Assembly (NCBI GenBank): GCA_964543655.1 | Contig: CAZIZE010000042.1 | Coordinates: forward strand, 1 to 49,391 | DNA from: an uncultured bacterium | GTDB lineage: Bacteria > DYJV01 | DNA: 49,391 nt | Reading direction: 5' to 3' | Shown here: positions 27,143 to 36,936 of the stretch, piece by piece | Layout of the letters: each line of letters starts with the position of its first letter | Numbering within the stretch: position 1 is the first letter of the stretch | Notes under the pieces: model-generated | What the model saw: the letters and a program-made list of their open reading frames with translations, nothing else | Database searches by the model: none | Told to the model about the DNA's origin: nothing | Program-made: the position numbers and the translations under genes

Positions 27143-30136
27143 TTAAATCAATTTATCAACAAATTCCAGTATCTGCCCCTTTTCAAACCCAAATTGCTGA
27201 GCAGCACCATTTGGACAGGCCATTACACATGCACTGCAACCTTCACAAATTGTTTCATAAACTTTGGCTATTTTCTTTTCCTCATCAATAATTCTTGCGT
27301 CAAATGGGCATATTTCCACACAAATTCCACAGCCGCTGCAAAATCTCTCTATAACAAATGATTTTCTTTCTATTGATACAAGCTCATTCTTTGCAAGAAA
27401 AATAGATGCTCTTGCAGCAGCAGCATAACCTTGAGCAATTGCTTCATTTATATGCTTAGGTGCATGGCAAAGGCCACACATAAAAATATCTTTTTTCATA
27501 AATGTAAGAATTCCTGCCTTTTTATTAGCTTCTTTGAAAAAATTAAACCTATCAATAGGAATTCCAAAAATCTCTGCAATCTCTCTGTTGTCATTTGCTT
27601 CAACACCTGTGCTGAGCACAAGCATATCAACATCTCTATCTATTCTCTCACCTATAATAGTATCTTCAAAAGAAACTGAGACCTTACCTTCTGAAACATT
27701 CACTTCAGGCTTTTTATCAACACTATAAGGGATAAAAATAATTCCTCTATTCCTTGCCTCTCTGTAAAAATTTTCATAAAATCCGTAGGCTCTAATATCT
27801 CTGTAAAGAACTATTATTGAAATATCAGGAAACAGATTTTTAAGTTTTAAAGCATTTTTCAGAGCATGAGTGCAGCAAACTCTGCTACAATACTCACGTG
27901 CACCTTTCTCCCTTGATTGAACACATTGAATCATAACAACATTATTTAAATTTTCAGGTAAGTTATCATTTGCAATTAACTTTTCAAGTTCAACCTGAGT
28001 AACTATTTTATCTGATTCTCCATATGAATAAATAGAAGGCTTAACTTCTCTACCACCAGTAGCCAGAATAGTAACACCATGCTCAATAGAGAGCTCTTTA
28101 TCTCCAGAAACTACCTCTGTTACCCTGTTTCCTACCATACCTTCTGATGATTTAATTTGTGCATTTGTAATTATTTCAATGTTATTGTGATTATTGACTT
28201 TTTCAATTAATAATTTAATATTGCTCTGAATATCTGTACCCTGCAATGTATAATATGCATCCAATAATCTTCCACCAATTTTATCACTTTTTTCAACAAT
28301 ATAAACCTTACTCCCCTGTTCTGCAAGGGAAAGAGCTGCACTTATCCCTGCTGCTCCTGCACCCACTACAAGAGCAGAATTTTTAATAGGAGAGGTTGTT
28401 TGTTTTGCTCCTCTGTTTTTCAAAACTTTATGTATAGCTGAGTTTATTAATAAAGATGATTTTTTGGTTAATATTTGATTACCTGTGTTACTTGCAAAAA
28501 TACACTGCTCTCTTAAATTAACAAATTCAAAATTTAACATTGAATAACCAGCTAATTTAAAATCGTTAAAAAAAGCTTCAAGCTCTCTAACTGAGCATCC
28601 TCCCACAACAAGTCTGTCAAGAGCATTATCTGAAATAATTTTTTTCACTTCATTTAAAGTTTCTTTATTGCAAAGTTTATCAATTGTACCTGTGTAAACA
28701 ACCTGATTTAAATTTTTACTCTTTTGCAAAATCAAATCAATATCAATACTTTCTTCAATAATATTTCCACATTTACAAATTAAAACCCCAACCCTGGGAT
28801 TTTCAACTTCTGAAGGAGCAACCAAAGATGGAGTAAATGGTGCAGAATCAAGTTTGAGTTTTGATAAAACTTTTGCTGCAACACCTGTACCCTCAGTGGT
28901 AGTTTCTGGAATATCTTTAGGACTGATAAAAGACCCGGCAACATAAATACCGGGCACATTTGTTTCAAATGGCTCAAATTCATTGCTCTGTGCAAAATTA
29001 AACTCATTAACATCTATTTTTGAAATTTTTATTAATTTCTTTGTTTCTTCATTCTGATAAAATCCAAGAGATAACACAGCTATATCAAAATCAGCTTCTT
29101 TTAGCTCTCCATTTTCATAATATGTTATTGTAATAACTCTATCTTTTCCATGTTCTTTTATTGTGGAAACATGACATCTCACAAACTTAATTCCATATTC
29201 ATCTATTGCCCTCTGATAGTATTGCTCATAATCTTTTCCAAAAGCTCTAATATCCATATAGAAAAAGGTAATTTCAAGTTCCGGGATTCTATCCTTTGCA
29301 ATCATTGCTTGCTTTAAAGCAAACATACAGCAAATAGATGAACAGTATGGATTTCCTTTTTTCCTGATATCCCTTGAGCCAACACATTGTAAAAAAGCTA
29401 TTTTTTTAGGATTCTTTCCGCTAAATGGTATTTTAGGAATCCCAAGAGTAGGCCCAGAGGGACTAATAAGCCTTTCAAATTGAACAGATGACAACACATT
29501 TTCATTATAACCAAATCCAAATTCTTCTTTAATATTACCTTTAACAGCTGAAAATCCTGGTGTAAGAACAATTTTGGAAGCTGTAAGTTCAATGTTTTTT
29601 TCCTCTATGTTATCAAGATTTATAGCTGATACAGGGCAAATTTCTACACATTTTTTACATTTTGTGCAGTTTTCAAGGTCAAGGAAGTAGCTTTTCTTAA
29701 TATTTTTGGGATAAAATTTAAAAACTGCTTTCCTTTTTTCCACACCTTCACCAAACTCATGTGGCACCTCAACCTCACAAACTTCTTCACATTTACCGCA
29801 ATCTATACACAAATCATTATTAACGGGATTTGCATTGATTTTAAGATTTATCTGAAAATTCCCATCTTCTCCCAATATATTTTCAACAAAAGCATTGCCA
29901 ATAAAATTTATATTTTCTCTTAAATTGCATTCAATAAATGGGCAAAAAGCAGGTGGCTCTGGAGATAAAAAACACACTCCACATGAATTAGTGGGAAATT
30001 GATTATCCAGTAATGGAAAATAACCACCCATTGCAACTTTCCTGTCAATAAGGTGAACCTTTACACCTCTGTCTGCAAGTGCAAGTGCTGCACTCATTCC
30101 TGCAAAACCAGCACCAATAATTGCTACTTCGCTCAT
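27143..30136 (-). CDS. Tandem double HdrA-like flavoprotein
   Basis: 997 aa with two Rossmann motifs (GAGFAG, GAGAAG), two CVxSR...YCSxxCC motifs, central CKCG...REQC domain, inserted and C-terminal ferredoxin domains. Confidence 0.9.
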   Translation of the reverse strand: MSEVAIIGAGFAGMSAALALADRGVKVHLIDRKVAMGGYFPLLDNQFPTNSCGVCFLSPEPPAFCPFIECNLRENINFIGNAFVENILGEDGNFQINLKINANPVNNDLCIDCGKCEEVCEVEVPHEFGEGVEKRKAVFKFYPKNIKKSYFLDLENCTKCKKCVEICPVSAINLDNIEEKNIELTASKIVLTPGFSAVKGNIKEEFGFGYNENVLSSVQFERLISPSGPTLGIPKIPFSGKNPKKIAFLQCVGSRDIRKKGNPYCSSICCMFALKQAMIAKDRIPELEITFFYMDIRAFGKDYEQYYQRAIDEYGIKFVRCHVSTIKEHGKDRVITITYYENGELKEADFDIAVLSLGFYQNEETKKLIKISKIDVNEFNFAQSNEFEPFETNVPGIYVAGSFISPKDIPETTTEGTGVAAKVLSKLKLDSAPFTPSLVAPSEVENPRVGVLICKCGNIIEESIDIDLILQKSKNLNQVVYTGTIDKLCNKETLNEVKKIISDNALDRLVVGGCSVRELEAFFNDFKLAGYSMLNFEFVNLREQCIFASNTGNQILTKKSSLLINSAIHKVLKNRGAKQTTSPIKNSALVVGAGAAGISAALSLAEQGSKVYIVEKSDKIGGRLLDAYYTLQGTDIQSNIKLLIEKVNNHNNIEIITNAQIKSSEGMVGNRVTEVVSGDKELSIEHGVTILATGGREVKPSIYSYGESDKIVTQVELEKLIANDNLPENLNNVVMIQCVQSREKGAREYCSRVCCTHALKNALKLKNLFPDISIIVLYRDIRAYGFYENFYREARNRGIIFIPYSVDKKPEVNVSEGKVSVSFEDTIIGERIDRDVDMLVLSTGVEANDNREIAEIFGIPIDRFNFFKEANKKAGILTFMKKDIFMCGLCHAPKHINEAIAQGYAAAARASIFLAKNELVSIERKSFVIERFCSGCGICVEICPFDARIIDEEKKIAKVYETICEGCSACVMACPNGAAQQFGFEKGQILEFVDKLI

Positions 30137-30154
30137 ATTTTATCTCCAAAATTT

Positions 30155-30982
30155 TTAATTAAATAATTTAGATGGATCAACAATATGCTTTTTCCACCAG
30201 CTATTTCTATCTCCTACCTGAAATGCTTCTCCTATTAATTCTGTAAAATACAAAACTGGTAGAGGTGAATCCATACTCTGCTTGGTATCAAGGTTTGCCT
30301 GACACAACCCACAAGAAGTAACAACACAATTTGCTCCTGCTTCCTTTGCGTAATCTATAATTTTCCCAATTAATTTTGAAGCAAGCTCAGGGTTGGTAAG
30401 AGCTGCATCACCTCCACAGCAATCTACCTTGCAGGGCCATCTGAGAACCTCAACACCTATTGCTTCCATAAGTCTATCAATTGTGTCAGGTTGCTCAGGC
30501 ATATTGCACTGAACAACTTCACTTGGTCTTAAAATAGCACATCCATAGTAGCAAACAGCTTTAATATGATTAAGCTCTTTTTTTACATTTGCTTTTATCT
30601 TATCAATACCAATATCCATAAAAGTATCTAAAATATATTGAATTTTAATATTTCCCTGAAACTTAAAATTAACATTTTTTTCTATCTCTTCTCTTTTTAA
30701 ATTATCTTTAAGGGCAAATTCAGACCTTTTTAAGCTATTAAAACACCCGGCACATGGCACAAGCAGGTCTTTACCTAATTTCTCAGCTATTTTAATGTTT
30801 CTTGCAGATAAATTAATAACAAGTTCTTCACTAATGTTTTTAGCAGGACCTGAACCACAACAGTTCCAATCATCTATCTCTTTTATTGTTATACCAAGCA
30901 CTTTTAAAACAGCTTCAATAGATTTTTCATACTCTATTGCAGTTGAATGTGCTGTGCAACCTGGGTAATATGAAAGCTCCAT
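30155..30982 (-). CDS. hdrB: Heterodisulfide reductase subunit B (copy 2)
   Basis: Two CCG domains: YYPGC/WNCCG/PCAGC and YYGC/DCCGG/SCGLC; ATG at 30982 after AGGAG. Confidence 0.92.
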   Translation of the reverse strand: MELSYYPGCTAHSTAIEYEKSIEAVLKVLGITIKEIDDWNCCGSGPAKNISEELVINLSARNIKIAEKLGKDLLVPCAGCFNSLKRSEFALKDNLKREEIEKNVNFKFQGNIKIQYILDTFMDIGIDKIKANVKKELNHIKAVCYYGCAILRPSEVVQCNMPEQPDTIDRLMEAIGVEVLRWPCKVDCCGGDAALTNPELASKLIGKIIDYAKEAGANCVVTSCGLCQANLDTKQSMDSPLPVLYFTELIGEAFQVGDRNSWWKKHIVDPSKLFN

Positions 30983-31022
30983 CTTCACTCCTGACTATTT
31001 TTTAATATTTATTTTCATCTGT

Positions 31023-31565
31023 CTAAATCTCAGGTGTCACCTTTTTAAAAATATTTTTTATTTCATTTATATCTTTAATTTTTTTAGGAAAAAGAGGTAG
31101 CTTACCTCTCATAAACAATTTAATTCCAACCTTCATATCATTAATAGCAGCTTCACTAAAAAAATCTTTTGTTTTTAATTTATAAGAAATTAAAAATGTT
31201 GCTTCATGAACTCTACCAAATTTTTTAATACTTTCCACAAATGACCTGTTAAATGCATAACCAACTTTATCTGCTATTTCCGCTTTATCTTCAATTGCCT
31301 TTCTTCTTAACGCCCCCATTAGTTTAGAAATTTTTATATCATTTGGGCATCTTTCTCCACAGGTATCACACGATACACATAGCCAGATTGCTTCACTTGT
31401 AAGAAGCTTTGCTTCATTGCCATATTGAATATGCCTGATTACTTCATTGGGCTTAATATCCATAAACTCAGCTGTTGGACATCCTGCTGTGCATTTTTTA
31501 CACTGATAACAAAGGTTAAAATTTTCTCCACTTTTCTCCTGAATATATTGTGCCAATTTATTCAT
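31023..31565 (-). CDS. hdrC: Heterodisulfide reductase subunit C (copy 2)
   Basis: CYQCKKCTAGCP, IWLCVSCDTCGERCP, GRVHE. Confidence 0.92.
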   Translation of the reverse strand: MNKLAQYIQEKSGENFNLCYQCKKCTAGCPTAEFMDIKPNEVIRHIQYGNEAKLLTSEAIWLCVSCDTCGERCPNDIKISKLMGALRRKAIEDKAEIADKVGYAFNRSFVESIKKFGRVHEATFLISYKLKTKDFFSEAAINDMKVGIKLFMRGKLPLFPKKIKDINEIKNIFKKVTPEI

Positions 31566-31652
31566 TTTAAACCTCTACCTTAAATAATATTTCTGCAACA
31601 AAATCATGCTCCGTTGAAATATTCCCATAACTTATGAATTCTTAAATATCTA

Positions 31653-33635
31653 CTATGATTCAAGTACTATTTTTAAATCTGGCTCCTGAAAAGTATTAAT
31701 CATTCTAATAGTTTGAATACTTGTCTGATTTATTAATTCACATGCTTTATTTGGGCAAGCTGCTATACAAGCACCACATCCCTGACATAGAGCTTTGTTA
31801 ACATCTGAAATTTTAGTTATATCATTTAACTGCCTTGCTCCATAAGGGCAGATATTCACACACACTCCACATCCACTACACACAAGTGGGTCAACTGTTG
31901 CTATTAATGGATCCTGGCTTAATTTATCATTTGCAAAAAGAGTAAGTATTTTACCTGTTGATGCAAGTGCCTGAGACACAGAGTCAGTAGTATCTTTTGG
32001 TGATTGAGCACACCCTGCAAGATAAACTCCTTTGGTCGAGCTTTCAACAGGGTAAAGTTTAATATGGGTTTCTGAAAAAAATCCATATTCATCAATGGTA
32101 GCTCTCAATTTTTTAGCAAGCTCTTCCACTCCATCAACTGGAACCATTGCATTTGCAAGAACTACAAGGTCAACTTTTACTTCAAGAGCTTCTCCTGTTA
32201 ATGTATCTGCTGTTTTAACTATTAACTTATCATTTTCCTTAAAAATTTTCGAAACTCTTCCACGGATGTAAACTATTCTTTCATTTTCTAATCCTGAATG
32301 GTAAAACTCCTCAAAATCTTTTGAATCTGTTCTAATATCCATATATGATATAAATGCTTTCCCATCTGGCACTTTCTGCTTAAACAACCTTGCCTGCTTT
32401 GCAGTATAAATACAGCATACTCTTGAACAATATGGCTTATGAAACTCAGGGTCTCTTGACCCGGCACATTTTACCCATAAAACAGTCTTTGCTTCCTCTC
32501 CATTTGATGGCTTTATAATTTTACCACCAGTTGGCCCATCTGGGTCAAGCATTCGTTCAAAAGTAAGTGAATCAATAACATCTTCAATCTCTCCACCACC
32601 CCATTCTGGAAAATTATTTGAACTGTATAGTTTGTATCCTGTTGCAATTACAATAGCACCAACAAGCTCTTTAACAATTTCATCTTTCATGTTAAAATCA
32701 ATTGCGCTCTCTTTGCAAATCTCAACACATTTATTGCATTCACCTCTATTTAAACTAATACAATTTGCTGAATCAATAACCAATCTTTTTGGTAATGCTT
32801 TATCAGTGAGATAATGTATGGCTTTTCTTTTTGAAAGTCCTCTATTATACTCATCTAAAACTTCAACAGGGCATACTTCAATACATTTATTGCAATTGTT
32901 ACACTTATTGTAATTAACAAATGAAGCTTTTTTCTTTATATTAACCTCAAAATTTCCAACATAACCATCAAGATCCTCAATTTCACTGTAAGTATACAGA
33001 GTAATATTGGGATGGTTAATAACTATATCTGATTTCTCTTTAATATAATCTGATGCTTTTTTGAAATAAGGCACTGTTTTATATATTTGTAATAATTTCC
33101 CACCTATTGCAGGTTCTTTTTCAACAAGAACAACCTCATATCCTGCCTCTGCAAGGTCAATTGAAGCCATTAAACCACTAATACCACCACCTATAACAAG
33201 TGTTCTTTTATTTAAACTTACCTCTATAGGCACAAGCTCTATATTTTGCCTAACTTTTTCTATTGTTGCTTTTATAATATTAATTGCTTTTGCAGTAGCA
33301 ACAGGCTTATTACCCTGATGAACCCAGCTGCACTGCTCTCTAATATTTGCTATTTCAACAAGAAAAGGATTAAGTCCTACACTATTAGCAGCTTTTCTAA
33401 ATGTATTTTCATGCATCCTTGGTGAACAACTGCAAACAACTACACCATTTAAATTGTCTTCCTTAATATGCTCCTTAACAAGCTGCTGCCCAGGGTCTGA
33501 GCACATATACATATAATTAGTGGCAAATACAACATCAGGTTCTTCTTTAATAACCTCAACCACTTTGTTAACATCAACAGATGATGCAATGTTGGCACCA
33601 CACCAGCATACGAAAACACCTATTCTTTTGGGCAT
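31653..33635 (-). CDS. hdrA: Heterodisulfide reductase subunit A-like, full length
   Basis: RIGVFVCWCGANI, MCSDPG, CSPRMHE, REQCSWVH, GGGISG, CAGSRD..YCSRVCC, C-terminal ferredoxin. Confidence 0.92.
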   Translation of the reverse strand: MPKRIGVFVCWCGANIASSVDVNKVVEVIKEEPDVVFATNYMYMCSDPGQQLVKEHIKEDNLNGVVVCSCSPRMHENTFRKAANSVGLNPFLVEIANIREQCSWVHQGNKPVATAKAINIIKATIEKVRQNIELVPIEVSLNKRTLVIGGGISGLMASIDLAEAGYEVVLVEKEPAIGGKLLQIYKTVPYFKKASDYIKEKSDIVINHPNITLYTYSEIEDLDGYVGNFEVNIKKKASFVNYNKCNNCNKCIEVCPVEVLDEYNRGLSKRKAIHYLTDKALPKRLVIDSANCISLNRGECNKCVEICKESAIDFNMKDEIVKELVGAIVIATGYKLYSSNNFPEWGGGEIEDVIDSLTFERMLDPDGPTGGKIIKPSNGEEAKTVLWVKCAGSRDPEFHKPYCSRVCCIYTAKQARLFKQKVPDGKAFISYMDIRTDSKDFEEFYHSGLENERIVYIRGRVSKIFKENDKLIVKTADTLTGEALEVKVDLVVLANAMVPVDGVEELAKKLRATIDEYGFFSETHIKLYPVESSTKGVYLAGCAQSPKDTTDSVSQALASTGKILTLFANDKLSQDPLIATVDPLVCSGCGVCVNICPYGARQLNDITKISDVNKALCQGCGACIAACPNKACELINQTSIQTIRMINTFQEPDLKIVLES

Positions 33636-33654
33636 TTTATCTATCCTCTTCTAT

Positions 33655-34983
33655 TTAACAACTTTTTTTCGATAATTTGTTTTCTAATTTTTCAAATAAA
33701 ACATGAACTTTACTTGCTGCTGCACTTGCATGTGCAGTAGAATCAGCAATATCCCTAATCCCCTGACAACACCCGGCAAGGTAAATACCCTCTCTGTTTG
33801 TTTCATTTGAGCCAGTTTTGTAATCTTTTTCTTTGAAAAATCCAAGCTCATTAATATCTATTTTTAAAATTTCTGATAATTTTTTAGCCTCTAAATTGGG
33901 CTCCACAGCTGCTGCCAGCACTACCATATCAGCTACAACTTCTATTTTTTGCCCTGTTAATGTATCTGAACCCCATACAACAACTTTATCTCCATCCTGG
34001 AAGATCTTTGAAACTTTTCCTCTAATATAAACTATTCTCTCCTCTTCCATTGTTTGCTGGATAAATTGCTCATATCCCTTGCCAGTTGACCTTATATCTA
34101 TGTAAAATATGTAGGCTTTACCATCATGCACTTTATGTTTGTATAATCTTGCATGCTTTGCAGTATACATGCAGCATATTCTTGAGCAATATGGCTTGTG
34201 AAACTCAGGGTCTCTTGAGCCTGCACACTGGACAAAAACAATATCCTTAGGAATTTTACCATCAGATGGTCTCTTAACAACTCCAGTAGTTGGACCAGAT
34301 GCTGACAAAAATCTCTCCATAGTTAACCCATCAATTACATCTGGTATATTTCCAGCACCATAATCTTTAAGGTTGGATTTGTCATATATTTGAAAACCTG
34401 TTGCAACTATTATAGCACCCACTTCTTCTTCAAAAAAACTTTCTGTTTGCTTATAATCAATGGCACCAACCGGGCAAACTTTGGAACAAACTCCACATTT
34501 GCCCTTTGTAAGCATTCTACAATAATCAGCATTTATAACTGGTTTATTGGGCACAGCCTGCGGTGATAGAGTGTATATTGCTTTACTTTTTCCAGCATCT
34601 CTTTCAAATAGTGATGGCACTTTTGCTGGGCATTTCTCTACACAAGTTCCACAACCAGTGCATTTGCTCCAATCAACATAGGCTGGTTTTCTTCTAATTT
34701 TGATTTTAAAATTACCTGCCTCTCCCTCAACATTTACAACTTCTGAGTAGGTGTAAAGTTTAATATTGGGATGTTGGCCTGTTTCAACTGTCCGTGGAGT
34801 AAGTGTGCATTGAGCACAGTCAAGTGTGGGGAATGTCTCTGATAGCTGAAGCATTCTACCACCAACACTTGGAAGCCTTTCAACCATAACTACTTCGTAA
34901 CCTGCATTTCCTATATCAATTGCAGCTGTAATTCCTGCTATTCCACCGCCAATAACAAGAACTCTTTTTATTAATTCTGCCAT
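33655..34983 (-). CDS. hdrA: Short HdrA-like flavoprotein lacking the N-terminal and C-terminal Fe-S domains
   Basis: 442 aa starting at VLVIGGGIAG; FPTLDCAQC, inserted ferredoxin, CAGSRD..YCSRICCMYTAK. Confidence 0.88.
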   Translation of the reverse strand: MAELIKRVLVIGGGIAGITAAIDIGNAGYEVVMVERLPSVGGRMLQLSETFPTLDCAQCTLTPRTVETGQHPNIKLYTYSEVVNVEGEAGNFKIKIRRKPAYVDWSKCTGCGTCVEKCPAKVPSLFERDAGKSKAIYTLSPQAVPNKPVINADYCRMLTKGKCGVCSKVCPVGAIDYKQTESFFEEEVGAIIVATGFQIYDKSNLKDYGAGNIPDVIDGLTMERFLSASGPTTGVVKRPSDGKIPKDIVFVQCAGSRDPEFHKPYCSRICCMYTAKHARLYKHKVHDGKAYIFYIDIRSTGKGYEQFIQQTMEEERIVYIRGKVSKIFQDGDKVVVWGSDTLTGQKIEVVADMVVLAAAVEPNLEAKKLSEILKIDINELGFFKEKDYKTGSNETNREGIYLAGCCQGIRDIADSTAHASAAASKVHVLFEKLENKLSKKSC

Positions 34984-34994
34984 TTATTATCCTC

Positions 34995-35870
34995 TCAAGA
35001 AATAAAGCTTTTTTCTTTTAAAACAGGTAATGGATCAACAAAGTTTCTTTCAAATTCAAGCACATCAATATCAAGTCCCATAGCAAGACCTAAGAGCTGT
35101 GTAAAATATACAACTGGAATTGTTTTAAAATCTTCATACATCTCCATTAATACTTTCTGTCTATCGTCAAGGTTAAACTGACATAAAGGGCATGAAGTAA
35201 CAATCATATCAGCACCATTTTTAATAGCATTATCTATTATATTTTTTGAGCATCTATTTGCTGTATCAACATTGTTCATTACCTGAAAAGCTCCGCAACA
35301 TTCATTTTTAAAAGGGAAATAAATAGGCTCAGCTCCTAATGATTCCATAAAGTTTTCAAAAATAGAAGGATTCTCAGGATCATCAAACTGAATCTCTTTA
35401 TGTGGCCTTAATAGAAGACAACCATAATACACAGCTACTTTCAAACCTTTTAAAGGTTTTTCAACATTTTCTTTTATTTTATCAAAACCTATTTCATTTT
35501 TTAAAATTTCAAGATAATGAACAACATTTACCTCACCATGATAATCTCTCTCAATAAATTCCGTGATTTTATACCTTCTTTCTTCATCATGCTGTAAAAC
35601 ATAATTGGTTCTTTTTAAAACATTAAAACAAACTGAGCAAAGAGCAACAAGCTTGTCATACCCTGCTAATTTTGTGTCTGCAAGGACTCTTGAACATGAT
35701 GCAAGCCCCATGTGATAATCGTTTACAAGAGGGAATGATGCTCCACAACATGTCCATTTATCAAGCTCTTTTAATTCAAATCCTAATTTTTTAGCAGATT
35801 CTCTACCTGCATGATCAAGATGTGTTGCTTTGGTATATAATGTACAACCTGGAAAATAAGCATATTCCAT
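34995..35870 (-). CDS. hdrB: Heterodisulfide reductase subunit B (copy 1)
   Basis: YFPGC/WTCCG/LCSVC and YYGCLLLRP/ECCG/SCPLC. Confidence 0.92.
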   Translation of the reverse strand: MEYAYFPGCTLYTKATHLDHAGRESAKKLGFELKELDKWTCCGASFPLVNDYHMGLASCSRVLADTKLAGYDKLVALCSVCFNVLKRTNYVLQHDEERRYKITEFIERDYHGEVNVVHYLEILKNEIGFDKIKENVEKPLKGLKVAVYYGCLLLRPHKEIQFDDPENPSIFENFMESLGAEPIYFPFKNECCGAFQVMNNVDTANRCSKNIIDNAIKNGADMIVTSCPLCQFNLDDRQKVLMEMYEDFKTIPVVYFTQLLGLAMGLDIDVLEFERNFVDPLPVLKEKSFIS

Positions 35871-35884
35871 TTTTCTCTCCTAAT

Positions 35885-36295
35885 TTAAAGTGAAGTAAAC
35901 TTTCTATAACAGCTAATAAAAGCTATTTGAGGAGCTCTTTTTCTATAATCCTCATCAAAATCAACTACTTCTATTTTACTGCCTTCTCTTCGCAGCTTAA
36001 TCATTCTGCATGCTTCAGCAATTTTAGAAAAATCAACACCTTTAGGGCATCTGTTAAAGCACATAACACAAGATGCGCAAATCCAGATAGTTTGGCTATT
36101 AAGCACTTTATCATACATACCAAGTTGTAAATATCTAATTGCCTGAGAAGGCATTATATCCATTTCATCAACAGCCGGGCATCCAGCAGAACATTTACCG
36201 CATTGATAACATTGATATATATTCTGGCTGCTAATCTCTTCTATTTTTTCTATAATTTCAGAGTCAATATTTTCTTTTAAAATTTTACTTTTCAT
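35885..36295 (-). CDS. hdrC: Heterodisulfide reductase subunit C (copy 1, short)
   Basis: CYQCGKCSAGCP, IWICASCVMCFNRCPKG; ATG at 36295 after GGAGGAG SD. Confidence 0.9.
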   Translation of the reverse strand: MKSKILKENIDSEIIEKIEEISSQNIYQCYQCGKCSAGCPAVDEMDIMPSQAIRYLQLGMYDKVLNSQTIWICASCVMCFNRCPKGVDFSKIAEACRMIKLRREGSKIEVVDFDEDYRKRAPQIAFISCYRKFTSL

Positions 36296-36371
36296 AACTC
36301 CTCCATGTATCAATCAATATTTATTTTCGTAATATTATGCAATATGTTCTTTTAATTTTAAAAAAAATTTA

Positions 36372-36926
36372 CTATTTTGAAAATTTTTTTCTTCCAATTT
36401 CGTACAGGTCATTACCATAAATATCATTAACCACAACAGCAGGAAATTTTTCAACAACAAGCCTTCTAACTGCTTCTGGCCCAAGATCTTCATATGCTAT
36501 TATTTCAGCTTCTTTAACACACTCGCTTATTAAAGCACCTGCTCCACCAATTGCAGCAAAATAAACTGCCTTATATTTTACCATAGCATTTTTAACTTCT
36601 TCTGACCTTGTACCTTTACCTATCATACCTTTTAATCCTTTTTCAATAAGCAGTGGTGAATATGGATCCATTCTATAACTTGTAGTTGGACCGCATGCAC
36701 CAATTACCTTTCCTGGCTTTGGCGGTGTTGGACCTACAAAATATATAATTTGACCTTTTATATCAAATGGCAATTCTTTACCCTCTTTTATTAAATCAGT
36801 TAATCTTTTATGCGCTGCATCCCTACCAGTATATATTGTACCTGAAATCAATACATTATCACCTGCTTTTAATGACTCTAAAACCTTATCATCTACAGGA
36901 GTGGTTATTTCTATTAAATCAGACAT
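36372..36926 (-). CDS. Class I fumarate hydratase / tartrate dehydratase family, beta subunit
   Basis: GTIYTGRDAAHKRL, GPTTSYRMD, MIGKG, DLGPEA; start at 36926 after AGGAG. Confidence 0.93.
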   Translation of the reverse strand: MSDLIEITTPVDDKVLESLKAGDNVLISGTIYTGRDAAHKRLTDLIKEGKELPFDIKGQIIYFVGPTPPKPGKVIGACGPTTSYRMDPYSPLLIEKGLKGMIGKGTRSEEVKNAMVKYKAVYFAAIGGAGALISECVKEAEIIAYEDLGPEAVRRLVVEKFPAVVVNDIYGNDLYEIGRKKFSK

Positions 36927-36936
36927 TTTACTCTCC

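Noticed and set aside
31653-34983. Frameshifted single hdrA gene, or true qmoAB
   Set aside because: Both genes have their own SD and start, and a 19-bp gap separates them; no fused MvhD domain, qmoC or aprAB nearby
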